From a virus (taxonomy: Duplodnaviria; Caudoviricetes): DNA of 64,000 nt. A program made the translations under genes and the position numbers. This document shows, in pieces, positions 61,934-64,000 of this stretch (the stretch's first letter is position 1; each line of letters opens with the position of its first letter). Where the stretch lies: the IMG/VR virus record IMGVR_UViG_3300016486_001578; one strand, given 5' to 3'. The notes under the pieces are model-generated. The model did not search any database. It saw only the letters and a program-made list of their open reading frames with translations, and had not been told where the DNA came from.

Positions 61934-62632
61934 TTATATATTAATATATCCTTCGACTTTATTAACCGATTCTTTTCCTATGTCTTCTAGGAATGAATTT
62001 AGTCTATCTAAAATAATAGCTGGGTTTCCATCAACCTTTCTAAAGATGTCATAATCACTTAGAATTTCTATTTTATCCAAATCTTTAAATAATTTCCAGA
62101 CTTCATAGACTGGATTATCATTACAATCAAAACCACCACCGACTGAAGTTGGAGAGCCCTCTAATGAAGTTAATTTGTTATTATGGCAATAAAAATCACC
62201 ACCGACTGAAGTTGGAGCACCTTCTAATGAAGTTAATTTGTTATTATGACAATAAAAATCACCACCGATCGACTTTGGAGCAAACTCTAGTGAAGTTAGT
62301 TTATTATCACTACAATAAAAACCTCCACCAACTGAAGTTGGGGAACCTTCTAATGAAGTTAAATTATTATTATGACAATAAAAATTACCACCGACTGAAG
62401 TTGGAGCACCTTCTAATGAAGTTATTTGATTATCATAACAACTAAAATCACCACTAACTTTTCTAAACTTCAGTGGAATTTTAGTTAATTCCTTCTTATA
62501 TAAATAAACATCACCATCAACATCAATTGAATGGTCTTTATTTATAGTATAATTTTCGATATTATGCTTTTTACAGATGGTATGGATTTTCTCATCAGAA
62601 TTAAAGTTTTCAAATATTTTTAAGTAATTCAT
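61934..62632 (-). CDS. LRR-like repeat protein with MNYLKIFENF tag
   Basis: Five near-identical 22-aa repeats LTSLEG(A/S)PTSVGG.FYC.NN (66-bp DNA repeats, about 62120-62440). Confidence 0.75.
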   Translation of the reverse strand: MNYLKIFENFNSDEKIHTICKKHNIENYTINKDHSIDVDGDVYLYKKELTKIPLKFRKVSGDFSCYDNQITSLEGAPTSVGGNFYCHNNNLTSLEGSPTSVGGGFYCSDNKLTSLEFAPKSIGGDFYCHNNKLTSLEGAPTSVGGDFYCHNNKLTSLEGSPTSVGGGFDCNDNPVYEVWKLFKDLDKIEILSDYDIFRKVDGNPAIILDRLNSFLEDIGKESVNKVEGYINI

Positions 62633-62696
62633 AAATATATTTATATATTAACCTCAAATACTTTGCTTTTTATATAATTTTCCGTATATTTATATT

Positions 62697-63095
62697 ATGA
62701 AAAAATATATAAAAATAAACTTACATAGAACGAACAAAAATGATGTTAAATCATTTTGTGATGAATTCGGATTAGACATTGAAGTAGTTCTTACTGATAA
62801 AAAAAGAGGACATGCTACACTTTGGTATGTAATCACAGATGATACGGTTTGGGTAGTTGCTTATACTAGAAGCTCAAATGAAAATAAAGTTTTATTTATA
62901 TATGACTCTTTCAAAGGAAAATTAGGAGAATTTGTTGATTTCAACAAGAGAAAAAAAGTTATAGTATCTAATTCTCCTACAAATAAATCTAAAAAAATAG
63001 AAATTAATCTAAATGTTGATTCAATCTTAGATAAAATTAACTCAAAAGGACTAAGTTCTTTGTCAAAAGAAGAGTTAAATTTTCTAGAATCATAA
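62697..63095 (+). CDS. Hypothetical protein with C-terminal DUF6576-like segment
   Basis: VDSILDKINSKGLSSLSKEELNFL. Confidence 0.55.
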   Translation: MKKYIKINLHRTNKNDVKSFCDEFGLDIEVVLTDKKRGHATLWYVITDDTVWVVAYTRSSNENKVLFIYDSFKGKLGEFVDFNKRKKVIVSNSPTNKSKKIEINLNVDSILDKINSKGLSSLSKEELNFLES

Positions 63096-63116
63096 TAAAA
63101 TAAAAATATATATCTT

Positions 63117-63145
63117 AAAAAACCGAGTTTAATACTCGGTTTTTT
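63117..63145 (+). terminator. Intrinsic terminator
   Basis: AAAAAACCGAGT-TTAAT-ACTCGGTTTTTT. Confidence 0.8.
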
Positions 63146-63238
63146 ATTTTATTTCCTAAATTTTTAAAAAATCCAACTTATTGAATAAAATTATAATTAT
63201 TTTGTAATATATAAAATTATAAATTAATAAGTTGAATC

Positions 63239-63535
63239 ATGAATACTATCTTAGAACTTAAATACAAAGGAAAGACTTATACTTCAGACTCTCAAATTTT
63301 TTCAATATTAAAAGAAAACGAATTTTATTGGTTAATAGATTCGGAAGTATCAGACTCTAAAATAGAGATATCAAATAATACTATAATATGGCATGATGGA
63401 AAATTCCTATCCGGATATTGGGAATATGGAATTTTTAAAAATGGTGAATTTCACGGCAATTGGCAAAATGGAATTTTCGAAAACGGACTGTTTAAAGGAG
63501 AATGGGTTAGTGGAATAAACCTAATAAAAAAATAA
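63239..63535 (+). CDS. Hypothetical protein with G-x-F/W-x-N pentapeptide repeats
   Basis: WHDGKFLSGYWEYGIFKNGEFHGNWQNGIFENG. Confidence 0.55.
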   Translation: MNTILELKYKGKTYTSDSQIFSILKENEFYWLIDSEVSDSKIEISNNTIIWHDGKFLSGYWEYGIFKNGEFHGNWQNGIFENGLFKGEWVSGINLIKK

Positions 63536-63543
63536 TCAATACT

Positions 63544-63990
63544 ATGAGAAGGAAAAAGATGTTATTAAAGAAGGAAGAATTATATGCTACCAACAAAATA
63601 ATTATCAGTGAGCTAAATGGTGGCTTATACTTTGAAATAGGACAAGAGACAACTGATGATATTGCGGAGGCGGTTTCTATACTTATGTCCAAGCAAATTG
63701 ACGAAGATGATCCAATATGGAAAAAAGAAATAAAAAACTTAGATATTGTTATAGCTCCAGAGAAATGCTTATTTTGGTTATCTGGTGGATATAAAGAATG
63801 GAACAGCTTAGCTAATTATAATAGCCCCTGGGGTGAGTGTTTTTTAGACTTTCAAGAAGAATTTGGTCTATCAGTATTAAATTGTGTTAGGGGTTCAAAG
63901 AACCTAAAAGAAATAAGAGACTTTTTTATTAAATATCTTAACCTAGCAACAATGTATGATTTTGCACTTAGTAGAAACCTAGTATATTAG
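63544..63990 (+). CDS. Hypothetical protein
   Basis: ORF. Confidence 0.55.
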   Translation: MRRKKMLLKKEELYATNKIIISELNGGLYFEIGQETTDDIAEAVSILMSKQIDEDDPIWKKEIKNLDIVIAPEKCLFWLSGGYKEWNSLANYNSPWGECFLDFQEEFGLSVLNCVRGSKNLKEIRDFFIKYLNLATMYDFALSRNLVY

Positions 63991-64000
63991 ATTTTAATAT

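Noticed and set aside
62120-62440. 66-bp repeats as a diversity-generating retroelement template/variable pair
   Set aside because: In-frame coding repeats of an LRR-like protein; no reverse transcriptase in the window
1-64000. TAG reassignment (alternative genetic code)
   Set aside because: Long genes are open in code 11 and several end properly at TAG; read-through in polB would still leave 14 extra residues in motif B; no suppressor tRNA in the window

Overview
Very AT-rich 64-kb segment of a T4-like (myovirus-type) jumbo bacteriophage. Its host is probably Bacteroidota: there are perfect TTTG-N20-TAnnTTTG promoters, A-rich start regions without obvious Shine-Dalgarno sites, and a Bacteroidota-type ClpP. 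The window encodes tail sheath, tube and baseplate-hub genes, the C-terminal half of a split family-B DNA polymerase, and gp47-, UvsY- and clamp-like replication genes. Accessory enzymes include ClpP, RNA ligase, RNase HI, NUDIX, rhomboid, NADAR, PPK2, a methyltransferase, a nucleotidyltransferase and a GH108 lysozyme; there are also several homing endonucleases and a 4-kb tRNA operon. Main discovery: the tRNA operon is preceded by what looks like a complete ribosome-dependent attenuator (30-codon leader peptide, antiterminator, terminator). The first 22 leader codons use only the eight amino acids whose tRNAs lie downstream (M,K,T,N,A,I,V,G), suggesting a phage sensor of tRNA depletion that switches on replacement tRNAs. 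The operon carries paired same-anticodon tRNAs with different bodies, D-loop and variable-loop insertions, and a topologically rewired tRNA-Ile. Second highlight: a 42-nt GC-rich hairpin with an in-frame TAG splits catalytic motif B of the DNA polymerase between two Tyr codons, a candidate translational bypass or mini-intron. About 25 proteins share an N-terminal MKYLKxFEEF-type tag resembling T4 capsid-targeting sequences. Several single-base frameshifts look like sequencing errors. All functional calls come from motif recognition by eye; no database searches were run.
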